Positions 29,940 to 38,994 of a stretch of 64,000 nt of DNA are shown here, one piece after another. Position numbers and translations under genes: made by a program. This DNA is from a bacterium. GTDB lineage: Bacteria; Zixibacteria; MSB-5A5; WJJR01. The notes beneath the pieces were generated by a model that worked only from the letters and a program-made list of their open reading frames with translations, searched no databases and was not told the origin of the DNA. The stretch is taken from the NCBI GenBank assembly GCA_035559435.1, contig DATMBC010000055.1, positions 45,859 through 109,858 on the forward strand. Reading direction: 5' to 3'. Each line of letters begins with the position of its first letter. Position 1 is the first letter of the stretch.

Positions 29940-30763
29940 CCCGGCGACGACTCCTGATTCCGCTGGTCGTCCTTCTCGGGCTGGCCCTCGCAAAACACGC
30001 ATTGGCGCAGGACGATGAATTCGGTTCAGCGGTGCTGCAGAGCGTCGGGGAGGTCTACGCGCTCTTGCCGGGGTCTCCCGCGGTCGTGGGCGTGCATCCG
30101 GCGTTGTCGGGTCTTGCCGACACACGCACCGCGCTGGAACTCTCTTATCGCCAACCATTCGGTTTGAGTGAACTGGAAGATCTCACGCTGGCCGCCGCGC
30201 GCCAGATCGGCCGCTGGCGCGCCGGTGGCACGGTCACGCGATCCGGCGAGGCCGGTTTGTATCAGGAATATCGCCTCACCGGCGCCATCGCCCTGACTCC
30301 CGTGCGACGGCTCGCCATCGGCGCATCGCTCATGTATGTGAGCGCCGAATTCGGCGACAATCTCTCACGGTATGCCGGCGGCTTCGGCACTCTCTCCGTC
30401 GCGGCACGTCCATGGCCGTCGCTTCATCTCGCCGCCGCGCTTCACAGTATCACGCTCGACCGAGTGTACGAGAATGACCCCTCCGATCCGGTCGTCGAAT
30501 TGTCGGCGGCGTGGACAGCCGGAGAAGAAGTGGCGCTTGGCGCCCGCTGGCGCCGGACCCGCGAGGGTGATCATCGCTTCGGTTTGGGGCAGGTTCTTTC
30601 ACTGACCGACAACGTGGAATTCCTGGCCGGATTGCGATTCGATCCGGTGCGCTACGCTCTCGGCGGACGGTTCCGCTACCGTGGCGGCGCGCTGGTCTAC
30701 ACCTATGAGGGGCATCCCGAACTGGGCGGCACGCACGCCATCGGCCTGGCGTGGAGCCGGTGA
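29936..30763 (+). CDS. hypothetical secreted / outer-membrane protein translationally coupled to the LTD protein
   Basis: Signal peptide MTRRRLLIPLVVLLGLALAKHALAQ and beta-rich sequence. ATGA overlaps the upstream stop. It lacks the PorP/SprF N-terminal QDPQFSQY motif. Confidence 0.4.
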   Translation: MTRRRLLIPLVVLLGLALAKHALAQDDEFGSAVLQSVGEVYALLPGSPAVVGVHPALSGLADTRTALELSYRQPFGLSELEDLTLAAARQIGRWRAGGTVTRSGEAGLYQEYRLTGAIALTPVRRLAIGASLMYVSAEFGDNLSRYAGGFGTLSVAARPWPSLHLAAALHSITLDRVYENDPSDPVVELSAAWTAGEEVALGARWRRTREGDHRFGLGQVLSLTDNVEFLAGLRFDPVRYALGGRFRYRGGALVYTYEGHPELGGTHAIGLAWSR

Positions 30764-30822
30764 GCCGAAATCCGGTCGTTTCCACTCCGCCCATATCGTA
30801 TCTTCGACCGCCTGAGGATGAA

Positions 30823-31995
30823 ATGACCCGACGCAACCTCGCCGAACTGGAAGCACAGGTCCTTGCGCCCTATGCGGCGCTTAGTGCGCGCACGCTGGGA
30901 CGGGTCTATGCCGAGCCGGCGCACCCCTACCGGACCGAATTCCAGCGCGATCGCGAACGGATCATCCACTCCGCGGCGTTCCGTCGTCTCGAATACAAAA
31001 CCCAGGTCTTTGTGAACCACGAGGGCGACAACTACCGCACGCGTCTCACCCACACGATCGAGGTCGCGCAGATTGCCCGCTCGATCGCCCGCGCCATGGC
31101 CCTCAACGAGGATCTCGCCGAGGCGATCGCGCTGGCCCATGACCTCGGACACACCCCGTTTGGCCATGCCGGCGAGGATGCGCTCAACGCCAAGATGGCG
31201 CCCGACGGCGGCTTCTCGCACAACCGCCAATCATTGCGCGTTGTCGAGGTGCTGGAGGAACGCTATCCCGGATACACGGGCTTGAACCTCACCTTCGAGG
31301 TCCGCGAAGGGATTGTCAAACACGAGACCGTCTACGACCGCCCCGAGGCGCGTCTGCCCGATTTCCACCCCGAGTGGCGCCCCACGCTTGAGGCGCAGCT
31401 GGTCAACTTCGCCGATGAGATCGCCTACAATTCCCATGACCTCGACGACGGCCTGCGCGCCGACATGTTTGCCTGGGAGGACTTGCGCGGCATCGAGCTC
31501 TGGGAGGAACTCAACGCGGAATCGCGTCGCGCGCACCCGGACCTCGACCGACGTCTACGCCGGCACCACATCGTCCGGCTGCTGATCAACCGCCAAGTCA
31601 CCGACCTGGTTGACCATGCCCATCAGCTTTTGGAAACGCACAACATCCGCTCGCTCGATGACGTCCGCGCCGCCTCGGTCATCTTCATGAAGTTCTCGCC
31701 CGGGTTCCAGGCGAAGATCGACCCCTTCAAACGTTTTCTCTACGAACGCATGTACCGTCACTACCGGCTGGTGCGGATGAAACTGAAGGCCGAGCGGATG
31801 GTGCATGCGCTCTTCGACGCCTACGTCAGCGAGCCGCGCCAACTGGCCCCGCAGTATCTGGCCAAGATCGAAAACGGCCGCGATGCCGACGAGGCGCATG
31901 TGCGCCAGGTCGTCTGCGATTACATCGCCGGCATGACCGATCGTTACGCCATGCTTGAGCATCGCAAGCTCTTCGATCCCTTCGAGAAAGTCTGA
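30823..31995 (+). CDS. dgt: dGTPase-family HD-domain protein (deoxyguanosinetriphosphate triphosphohydrolase-like)
   Basis: YRTEFQRDRERIIHSAAFRRLEYKTQVF...RTRLTHTIEVAQIARSIA...HDLGHTPFGHAGE. GAGGA RBS. The start was trimmed to MTRRNLAELEAQ. Confidence 0.85.
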   Translation: MTRRNLAELEAQVLAPYAALSARTLGRVYAEPAHPYRTEFQRDRERIIHSAAFRRLEYKTQVFVNHEGDNYRTRLTHTIEVAQIARSIARAMALNEDLAEAIALAHDLGHTPFGHAGEDALNAKMAPDGGFSHNRQSLRVVEVLEERYPGYTGLNLTFEVREGIVKHETVYDRPEARLPDFHPEWRPTLEAQLVNFADEIAYNSHDLDDGLRADMFAWEDLRGIELWEELNAESRRAHPDLDRRLRRHHIVRLLINRQVTDLVDHAHQLLETHNIRSLDDVRAASVIFMKFSPGFQAKIDPFKRFLYERMYRHYRLVRMKLKAERMVHALFDAYVSEPRQLAPQYLAKIENGRDADEAHVRQVVCDYIAGMTDRYAMLEHRKLFDPFEKV

Positions 31996-32136
31996 CCTGC
32001 CGGCTGCCTGCGGACAGAAACTCTGCACTGACGTGCACACCGGCGGTGGCCGCCATTCCGGCGCGCCGCGCCGAGTGTAAGTCCACAAGCAGGTTAGCCG
32101 TTCCCGGCCGAGTGCGCCGGGTTGGGCTGGGGGCAC

Positions 32137-32151
32137 GGCACGGGCTTTGCA
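32137..32151 (+). promoter_or_regulatory. near-consensus sigma-54 (-24/-12) promoter GGCACG-N4-TTGCA
   Basis: cGGCACGggctTTGCAtcc matches TGGCACG-N4-TTGCA at 15 of 16 core positions. An overlapping tandem GGCACG lies at 32132-32137. It sits ~45 nt upstream of the ATG at 32197, which has a GGGAGA RBS. Confidence 0.55.
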
Positions 32152-32196
32152 TCCACTGACAGCGGGGGTCGACCTGCGAACATCTAGGGAGAACGG

Positions 32197-32574
32197 ATGC
32201 AATGCTACTTTTCGTCGATTAAACCCGGCCAGCCCGACGAGCCCGGGCCCGGATTTGTCTCCTTCGTCATCCCCGAACTGAAGATCACCTTCCGCGCCCG
32301 CTATCAGGGCACCGCAGGCGAGTGCGAATACGCCAGTCTGCTGGCGCTGCTGGAATTCGTCGAGATCAATCCCCGTGTCTTCGAGAACAAGACGCTTGAG
32401 ATTTTCGGCGATTCCTTCTCGGTGGTCAGCCAGGTCAACGACCGCCGCGACTGCGCCCAGGGTCTGGAAAACTTCCGCAACGTCGCGCTGCTGCTCAAAC
32501 GGCGCATTCCCTACACGATCGGCTGGGTGCCGCCGGCGGACAATCCCGCCCGTCCCAGCGACGTTCCTCGCTGA
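32197..32574 (+). CDS. RNase H-like (RNase HI / RVT_3-like fold) small protein with first catalytic Asp replaced
   Basis: CYFSS...PGPGFVSFVI aligns to the YTDGS...GPGG.G.V. block but with D replaced by S. TAGECEYASLLALLEFV aligns to TNN.AEY.AL..AL, keeping the Glu. LEIFGDSFSVVSQVN keeps the GDS Asp. The C-terminus WVPPADNPA aligns to the ADxLA Asp. Confidence 0.5.
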   Translation: MQCYFSSIKPGQPDEPGPGFVSFVIPELKITFRARYQGTAGECEYASLLALLEFVEINPRVFENKTLEIFGDSFSVVSQVNDRRDCAQGLENFRNVALLLKRRIPYTIGWVPPADNPARPSDVPR

Positions 32575-32693
32575 CCGAAGAACTTGGCGATTTTTCGACC
32601 GCCGCCGAAGTGCTTGGCGCAGGGGCGGCCGGCGGTATATGTTTGTCCTGCCCGCCGGCGAGGGCGGGACACAACGCAAGCATCGTACACATC

Positions 32694-33737
32694 ATGGGCT
32701 TCTCGGAAGATCGCGCGCAGGGCAGGTTCGGCTCCTTCTATCTTCTCATTGCGGAGAATCCCTATCTGCTCTGGGACGCCGCCGAGCATTGGAAGGCGGC
32801 CTGGCGACGGCAGGCGGGCGACGATCTGCGCGTCGAGACCTTCACCGCGCCCCATATCGACTTCGATCGTCTCCTCGGCGCCGGAGCCACCATGCCGATG
32901 TTCGAAACCACGCAACTGGTCCTGATTCGCGACGTCGAAAAGGTCACCGGCAAAAAGCAGGAAGAGCTGATCCGGATCCTGCAACAGTCGTCGCCCTCGA
33001 CCAAGTGGCTTCTGACCGCCGCGGAACTGGACCGCCGCACGGTGATCGGCAAGAAGCTGGCCACGTTCGGCCCGGTGGAGGAATTCAAGCGCGTCTACCC
33101 CGATCAGGTCTCCGGGTGGGTGACCCGCATCGCCGCCGATCTTGACACGATATTGGCGCCACCGGCCGTAGAGCTGATCGCGAGCGTGCATGGCACCGAC
33201 CTGTTCGCCGTCCGCCAGACGATCGAACGGGTCGCGCTGTACGTCGGCAAGCGCCGCCGCATCGAGGCCGCGGATATTGAAGTCGTGCTGGCCGGCGAGG
33301 GCGAGTACGATGTCTTCCAACTTCTGGAGGCGGCGTCGCGCTCCGACTTTGTGCGCGGCTTGGCGATTGCCCGGGCGCTGGCCGCCTCCGCCAGTCGCCA
33401 GTTGGGCGAGCTTTCCGTCTGGCTGTCGTTGATCTACGGCCAATGCCAACGTTATTTGAAGATTCTCGAATTGTCCGACCGGCCGATCGAAGAGATCGCC
33501 CAGCAACTGCACATCCACATTTTCCTGATGCGCAAACTGCACAGGCAGGCGACCGATCTCGGATATGATGCCCTGATCCGCACCTGCGAGGCCGCCTTCG
33601 AAACCGATTTCATGGTCAAGACTTCAAAGGCCAGACCCGCTCTTGCCTGGGAGTTGTTTGTCTGGCGGATCGTGGCCGGACGGAACATCCCCCCTGATGC
33701 CTTTCTGGACCTGTCCGCTGCTCGCAGCGGGGAATAA
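32694..33737 (+). CDS. holA: DNA polymerase III subunit delta
   Basis: GSFYLLIAENPYLL... and AAA+-like clamp-loader delta architecture of 347 aa. The track ORF begins upstream with GTG, and the in-frame ATG at 32694 was chosen. Confidence 0.75.
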   Translation: MGFSEDRAQGRFGSFYLLIAENPYLLWDAAEHWKAAWRRQAGDDLRVETFTAPHIDFDRLLGAGATMPMFETTQLVLIRDVEKVTGKKQEELIRILQQSSPSTKWLLTAAELDRRTVIGKKLATFGPVEEFKRVYPDQVSGWVTRIAADLDTILAPPAVELIASVHGTDLFAVRQTIERVALYVGKRRRIEAADIEVVLAGEGEYDVFQLLEAASRSDFVRGLAIARALAASASRQLGELSVWLSLIYGQCQRYLKILELSDRPIEEIAQQLHIHIFLMRKLHRQATDLGYDALIRTCEAAFETDFMVKTSKARPALAWELFVWRIVAGRNIPPDAFLDLSAARSGE

Positions 33738-33749
33738 TCCGAATCACCG

Positions 33750-34355
33750 ATGGTAACCAGAGCGGACACGGGCGGTGATCAGCACTATCCGGCGCTCAGT
33801 GAGCCCGAGCTGATCCGTCTGGCCCAGAAAGGGGACCGTCGCGCCTACGACCAACTGGTACGGATTTACCAGCGGCAAGTATACCGTTGGGCCTTCCATG
33901 TTGTTCGCACACATGACCTTGCGGACGAAGTGGCGCAGGATGTCTTTGTGCGCACCTACCAGGCCCTCGACCGGGTCGATCCCGATCGGCCTCTCGGCGC
34001 TTGGCTTTGCCGGAGCACAGTCAATGTGGCGCTCAATATTGTGCGCAAACAGCAATTCCGGACCCAATGGGCGCAGGAGAACCGACCCGATCCGACCGAT
34101 TTCGAGCGGGAATCGGCACAGCCCGATGCGGGATTCAGGCGCAAACGTGTGTTGCAGCGACTGGAGGCGGCCATCAACGACCTGCCGCCGTTGTACCGGA
34201 CGATTATGCTCCTGCGCATCCGCGATGAAATGAGCTATGATGAAATCTCCAAAGCACTTGGCGTATCAATGGGGACCGTTATGTCCCGGATTGCCCGCGC
34301 CCGCCACCGGCTTCGTGAGGCGCTGGGTGACTTTATGGATGATCTGCGGGAATAG
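33750..34355 (+). CDS. RNA polymerase sigma-70 factor, ECF subfamily
   Basis: Region 2 (YDQLVRIYQRQVYRWAFHVVRTHDLADEVAQDVFVRTY) and region 4 (YDEISKALGVSMGTVMSRIARARHRLRE). Confidence 0.9.
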   Translation: MVTRADTGGDQHYPALSEPELIRLAQKGDRRAYDQLVRIYQRQVYRWAFHVVRTHDLADEVAQDVFVRTYQALDRVDPDRPLGAWLCRSTVNVALNIVRKQQFRTQWAQENRPDPTDFERESAQPDAGFRRKRVLQRLEAAINDLPPLYRTIMLLRIRDEMSYDEISKALGVSMGTVMSRIARARHRLREALGDFMDDLRE

Positions 34356-34426
34356 AATGCCCGAACGATGGTAATAGGGTAAAGGGCGGGCGTCCGGCTA
34401 CGGCCGGACAGGGGAAAGGTAAGACG

Positions 34427-35602
34427 ATGAATTGCCGTGGGGTCGAAAACTGGGTCTGGAAGGAAGGGGCGGGGAATCTCCCGGCCGCGGTGGTGGAGCA
34501 TGCCGCCGCCTGTCCCGGTTGCCGCGCCTTGATCGAGGAGGTCCGTCTGTTGGACCGCTCCGTCGCCGCCATGCCCGTCCCCGAGCCGGGCGAGGACTAT
34601 TGGAATTACATGCGTGAGCAGGTGGCGCGGCGTCTCGACGCTCCGGTGACCACCGTGATCTCGCTGGAACCGGCCACTCCCCGCTGGCAGCGGATCCTGA
34701 CGCGCGTCTGGGCTCCGGCCCTGGCCGTTGTCCTGGTCGCGGTTGTGGCCAACCAGCGGGCGCTGGTGACCACCGAGTCGGTACACATCCTGTCCGAGGC
34801 GGAGCTCCAGTCGCGGGTGAAAGCTCTCGCGCAGGCGCCGAATTCATCGGAATTTGCCAATCTCGAGGAGACCGCCCCGGCCACGGAGCCGTCAGCGACC
34901 GCACTCGCCCCGGTGCGTCGGCAGACCGAGAGCGCTCTGCGTACCGCCCCGGCGCCTTACGCCGCCGGCGCGACCACTGCGGCTGAGCCGGAACTGGCGA
35001 CAGGGCCCGTCGACGTCCCGGCGTCGTCGTCCGCCGAGCCCACGATGGCGATCGCCGACCGGCGTGGGACCACACCATCTGAGACGCTCTGGCCCGATCG
35101 ACAAGTCATGATCATGGGGCAGGTCGATTCGAATGCCCCCGATCAGAAGTCTTCCTCCGACGATGGCCGTCTGGCCGCGCAGGACCCCTTCGGCGCCTAC
35201 GAACGCCAGATGGCGCTGGCCGATCAGGGGTTCGAGACGGCGGGCGCGGCATCCACACCGACCCGTCTTCTGGAAGGACCGGCGGCCGCGCCGTCACGCG
35301 GTTCCGAACGTCTCACCACGGCCGAGCAGATGCGCCGCTTCGATGAAATCGCCGAGTTGCGCGAACTGATCGCCCGTCTGGAGACGGTGCCGCCATCCAG
35401 CCGTGCCATGTCGCAGTGGAGTCAGTGGTCGACCGCGTGGTACCGGCTGGGGATGCTCTCCGACCAGCAGGTCGTCGTCGACTCCGCCATTGTCGCGGTC
35501 GACTACTTCACGCGGACCGTCCCCGGCGATTCCGCCACCGCGCGCGAGTGGCAGAATCGGCGGACGCATTTGGAGAACCGACGGACCGCGCTGCAACGTT
35601 GA
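34427..35602 (+). CDS. anti-sigma factor with N-terminal zf-HC2 motif and a single TM segment
   Basis: H-x3-C-x2-C (EHAAACPGCRAL) and a TM segment (VWAPALAVVLVAVVA). It lies immediately downstream of the ECF sigma gene. Confidence 0.65.
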   Translation: MNCRGVENWVWKEGAGNLPAAVVEHAAACPGCRALIEEVRLLDRSVAAMPVPEPGEDYWNYMREQVARRLDAPVTTVISLEPATPRWQRILTRVWAPALAVVLVAVVANQRALVTTESVHILSEAELQSRVKALAQAPNSSEFANLEETAPATEPSATALAPVRRQTESALRTAPAPYAAGATTAAEPELATGPVDVPASSSAEPTMAIADRRGTTPSETLWPDRQVMIMGQVDSNAPDQKSSSDDGRLAAQDPFGAYERQMALADQGFETAGAASTPTRLLEGPAAAPSRGSERLTTAEQMRRFDEIAELRELIARLETVPPSSRAMSQWSQWSTAWYRLGMLSDQQVVVDSAIVAVDYFTRTVPGDSATAREWQNRRTHLENRRTALQR

Positions 35603-35648
35603 CGATTTAACGCTTCCCAAAGCCCGTTCGTGGTGGCTGCAACACAGG

Positions 35649-35683
35649 CCCCGCCGGTCGATGCGACCGGCGGGGCTTTCTCC
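35649..35683 (+). terminator. candidate rho-independent terminator after the anti-sigma gene
   Basis: Perfect 12-bp stem ccccgccggtcg / cgaccggcgggg with a 3-nt loop, followed by ctttctcc. Confidence 0.5.
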
Positions 35684-35742
35684 GAGCCGCGGAATTCGGT
35701 TGCCAACCCGGCGACGGCGCGATAGGTTTTTGGTGTGACGCC

Positions 35743-36507
35743 GTGTGGACCGCAACGCTCATATCGGGAGTCTGCCTGATGATGGCCTGGTTGGAACCGC
35801 GGGCTTCCTCTTGGGAGCCGCCCACACCGCCGCCCGGCGCCGACGAGGCCTTCGCGCGCGCCCGCGCCGAGATGGTGCAGCGCCAGATCGAGGCGCGCGG
35901 GGTGCGCGATTCGGTCGTGCTCGATGCCCTGCGCGTGGTCCCACGCCACCGCTTTGTGCCGCCGCAGTTCCAGGATGAGGCCTACGATGACACCCCGCTG
36001 CCGATCGGCTACGGCCAGACGATCTCGCAGCCATACATCGTCGCAGCCATGACCGAGGCGTTGCAACTGAAGCCGCGCGACCGGGTGCTCGAGATCGGCA
36101 CCGGATCCGGGTATCAGGCGGCGGTGCTGGCCGAGATTGTCGATGAAGTGTACTCGATTGAAATCCTCGACTCGCTCGGGCAGCGGGCCGAATCGACGCT
36201 CACTGCCCTCGGCTACCGCAACGTCTCGGTGAGAGTCGGCGACGGCTACCGCGGCTGGCCCGAGAAGGCCCCCTTCGATGCCATTATCGTCACCGCCGCC
36301 CCCGATCACATTCCCTCGGCGCTGGTGGACCAACTGGCCGTCGGCGGGCGCATGATCCTGCCCGTTGGCGACGAGGATCAAAGTCTGATCCTCCTGACAA
36401 AAACCGCCACCGGCGTGGAGCGCCGCACGCTCTTTCCCGTCCGCTTTGTCCCCATGACCGGGGAGGCGGATAAGCCCCGTCCCTCCGACTCTGCGTCACC
36501 GCGCTAG
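35743..36507 (+). CDS. pcm: protein-L-isoaspartate O-methyltransferase
   Basis: VLEIGTGSGYQAAVLA SAM-binding motif and GYGQTISQPYIVA. The N-terminus is extended and the start is uncertain. Confidence 0.85.
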   Translation: MWTATLISGVCLMMAWLEPRASSWEPPTPPPGADEAFARARAEMVQRQIEARGVRDSVVLDALRVVPRHRFVPPQFQDEAYDDTPLPIGYGQTISQPYIVAAMTEALQLKPRDRVLEIGTGSGYQAAVLAEIVDEVYSIEILDSLGQRAESTLTALGYRNVSVRVGDGYRGWPEKAPFDAIIVTAAPDHIPSALVDQLAVGGRMILPVGDEDQSLILLTKTATGVERRTLFPVRFVPMTGEADKPRPSDSASPR

Positions 36508-36614
36508 GGTGTTGTCCGCCCGTCCGAATTGCGAAACTTCGGCCGGGGGGTGTCGTAAACTATGACGTGCTCCATTCAGGCGGCCGGGTGGCCGCCGGTG
36601 CACGGGGAGGTGTG

Positions 36615-37079
36615 ATGCAAAAACGGCTGGTTCGCACGCCGGACAAGGCGATGATCGGCGGGGTGTGCGCCGGAATCGCCGAATACTTCGATGTCGATCC
36701 GACTTGGATTCGCCTGTTGGCAGTCCTGCTGACTTTTGCCAGCGGTTTCGGCCTGGTGGCCTACATAGTGGCCTGGATTGTGATCCCGCGCGGTCCGCTC
36801 GCGCATCCGGCCGAGGCCACGCCGCTGCCGGCCAACGCCGCGCCGGCGCGCGTGCCCGAACGCCGTGGCGCCGGTTTTCTGCCCGGCGTGATCCTCATCC
36901 TCGTCGGCATGGCCTTCCTGTTTGACAATCTCTTCTTCTGGTTCGATTGGGACTATGTCTGGCCGCTGTTCCTGGTCGGCGCCGGCGTGGTGTTCATCTA
37001 CTTCGCCGTCAAACCCGACGCGCGGCGCGAAGAGCACACCGCCACCAATATTGCGGAGGCGCGCAATGGCAGTCGGTAA
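36615..37079 (+). CDS. PspC-domain membrane protein
   Basis: MQKRLVRTPDKAMIGGVCAGIAEYFDVDPTWIRLLAVLLTF... is the canonical PspC domain. GGGGAGG RBS. Confidence 0.8.
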   Translation: MQKRLVRTPDKAMIGGVCAGIAEYFDVDPTWIRLLAVLLTFASGFGLVAYIVAWIVIPRGPLAHPAEATPLPANAAPARVPERRGAGFLPGVILILVGMAFLFDNLFFWFDWDYVWPLFLVGAGVVFIYFAVKPDARREEHTATNIAEARNGSR

Positions 37080-38037
37080 GGTGCGAACCGGCGTCATCCT
37101 GATCGCTTTGGGCGTCCTGCTGCTGCTCAACACGACCGGCACGGTCGACTTCGGCTTCTGGCGCTGGCTGGGCAAACTCTGGCCGCTCATCCTCGTTGCG
37201 ATCGGTATCGAGAAGATCTTTTCCTCCGCCCAGTCTTCGAGCGTGCGCAATCTCGCCTGGCTTTCGCCGGTCATCATCGTCGGCGTCGTCTCCTATGCGG
37301 TCATCGCCGGCGAGCGCGAGCCCCGGGCCAACTTCTGGTCCAGCGATTGGGAGTGGCAGTGGGACGATTCCGACAGCGAGGGCCCGACCGCGACCTCGAC
37401 CTGGTCGGAGCCGCTTTCGCCCGAAGTTCAGCGGGTGAAGCTTGAACTCGAACTGGACGGCGGACGCCTCACGGTGCGTGGGGGCAGCGATGCCGGCAGC
37501 ATCCTCGTCGCGCGCGCCAGCCACCGTGGCGACAAACCGATTGTCACCTCGACTCTGGAAGGCGGCGTCCGCTCCATCCGCGTCGAACAGGCGGATCGCG
37601 CACGTCACCGCGGACGCGATCAATGGACGATGAAACTGACCGACAGTCTGCCGGTGGATCTGATTGTCCGGGGCGGGGCGGCGAAGATGCGTCTTGATCT
37701 GACCGCGGTAAAGATCGAGTCGCTCGAACTCGACGCCGGCGCCGCCGACATCGACGTGGTCTTCGGCTCTCTGGCGTCGTCAATCGCCTGCGCCATCGAC
37801 TGCGGCGTCTCGGATGTCGAGATCACCATCCCGCCATCGGCGGGACTGCGGCTGCACCGCGACGGCGCGATCTCGCGTCTGTCCGATACCAACCTTGACC
37901 TGATCGACCGGGGCGATCACAGCGAGACCGCCGGTTTCGAGGAGGCCCCGATCAAGATCGAGCTGAAGGTGCAGTCGGCGCTCAGCTCGCTGCGTTTGCG
38001 GCGCGCCTCCGGCCCGTCGCAGGGTACGTCGATCTGA
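37066..38037 (+). CDS. membrane protein with C-terminal DUF4097-like (toast-rack) beta domain, LiaF/LiaG-like
   Basis: Two to three N-terminal TM segments, then a repetitive beta-rich C-terminal domain. It overlaps the pspC-domain gene by 14 nt. GGAGG RBS. Confidence 0.5.
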   Translation: MAVGKVRTGVILIALGVLLLLNTTGTVDFGFWRWLGKLWPLILVAIGIEKIFSSAQSSSVRNLAWLSPVIIVGVVSYAVIAGEREPRANFWSSDWEWQWDDSDSEGPTATSTWSEPLSPEVQRVKLELELDGGRLTVRGGSDAGSILVARASHRGDKPIVTSTLEGGVRSIRVEQADRARHRGRDQWTMKLTDSLPVDLIVRGGAAKMRLDLTAVKIESLELDAGAADIDVVFGSLASSIACAIDCGVSDVEITIPPSAGLRLHRDGAISRLSDTNLDLIDRGDHSETAGFEEAPIKIELKVQSALSSLRLRRASGPSQGTSI

Positions 38038-38062
38038 CGTGGAGTGGCCGTGATCCTCAGAC

Positions 38063-38090
38063 CCCGCGCCTTGGGCGCGGGGTTTTTTCT
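38063..38090 (+). terminator. rho-independent terminator
   Basis: ccccgcgcc-ttg-ggcgcgggg followed by TTTTTT. Confidence 0.8.
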
Positions 38091-38143
38091 TGAACCGCCG
38101 CGCGCCAAGCGGCATTTTTTCACGGATGAGAACGGATCCGACC

Positions 38144-38926
38144 ATGCGTGTGTTGGCGCTGGGACTGATGCTGGCGCTGGTGGTTGCTCTGACCGGACTG
38201 CCATCGGGTTGCGGCGTCGGCGGCGGCGATGGGCTGGCGCGTGTCACCGCTTCCGGTGTGCTGCGTGTCGGCACCGACGCCACCTATCCACCCTTCGAGT
38301 GGGTTGACACCGCCACCGGCGAGGTCGAGGGGTTTGACATCGATCTGGTCCGCGAAATCTGCCGGGAGCTCGGCTGCCGCGCCGAGTTCGTCGTCGTTCC
38401 CTTTGATGGCATCATCGCCGGGCTGGTCTCGCGCAAATACGACATGATCGCATCCACATTCACCATCACCCCCGAACGCGCCCGCCAGGTTGCCTTCTCT
38501 GAGCCCTACTACGACGGCGGCCAGGCGATCGCCGTGCCGATCTACGACACCTCGACGTTCAGCGTCGACGATCTGCGCGGCAAGACCATCGCCGTGCAAC
38601 TCGGGACCACCGGCGAGCGGCGCGCCTCCCAGATTCCGAACGCCGAGATCATCGCCTTCGAGAACATCGGCGCCGCCTTCATCGATATGGAAAACGGCCG
38701 CGTCGATGCGGTCATCAACGACAAACCCACCACCGAACTGATCATCCGCCAGCGCGGCTCCGCCAAAATCGTCGGCCCCAGTCTGACCGCCGAGGAGTAC
38801 GGTTTCGCCGTGGCCAAGGATGAAAAAGAGCTTTTAGCGGCGATCAACCGGGCCCTCGCCAAGATCAAGGCCGATGGCCGCTATGAGAGCATCCGCGCCA
38901 AATGGTTCGGCCCCTCTGCCACCTGA
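38144..38926 (+). CDS. amino-acid ABC transporter substrate-binding lipoprotein (family 3 SBP)
   Basis: Lipobox LPSGC. GTDATYPPFEW...GFDIDL...DMIASTFTITPER... Confidence 0.85.
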   Translation: MRVLALGLMLALVVALTGLPSGCGVGGGDGLARVTASGVLRVGTDATYPPFEWVDTATGEVEGFDIDLVREICRELGCRAEFVVVPFDGIIAGLVSRKYDMIASTFTITPERARQVAFSEPYYDGGQAIAVPIYDTSTFSVDDLRGKTIAVQLGTTGERRASQIPNAEIIAFENIGAAFIDMENGRVDAVINDKPTTELIIRQRGSAKIVGPSLTAEEYGFAVAKDEKELLAAINRALAKIKADGRYESIRAKWFGPSAT

Positions 38927-38994
38927 TCGTGGGCCGGCAGCGACGTAATCCCTTCACACAAAAGGGATTGTAACCATCTCATCGACAGCGTAAC

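Noticed and set aside
29936-30763. Calling the 275-aa protein downstream of the LTD cargo a PorP/SprF-family T9SS protein.
   Set aside because: Size and position fit, but the diagnostic N-terminal QDPQFSQY-type motif is absent (the sequence here is AQDDEFGSAV). It is kept only as a hypothetical outer-membrane protein.
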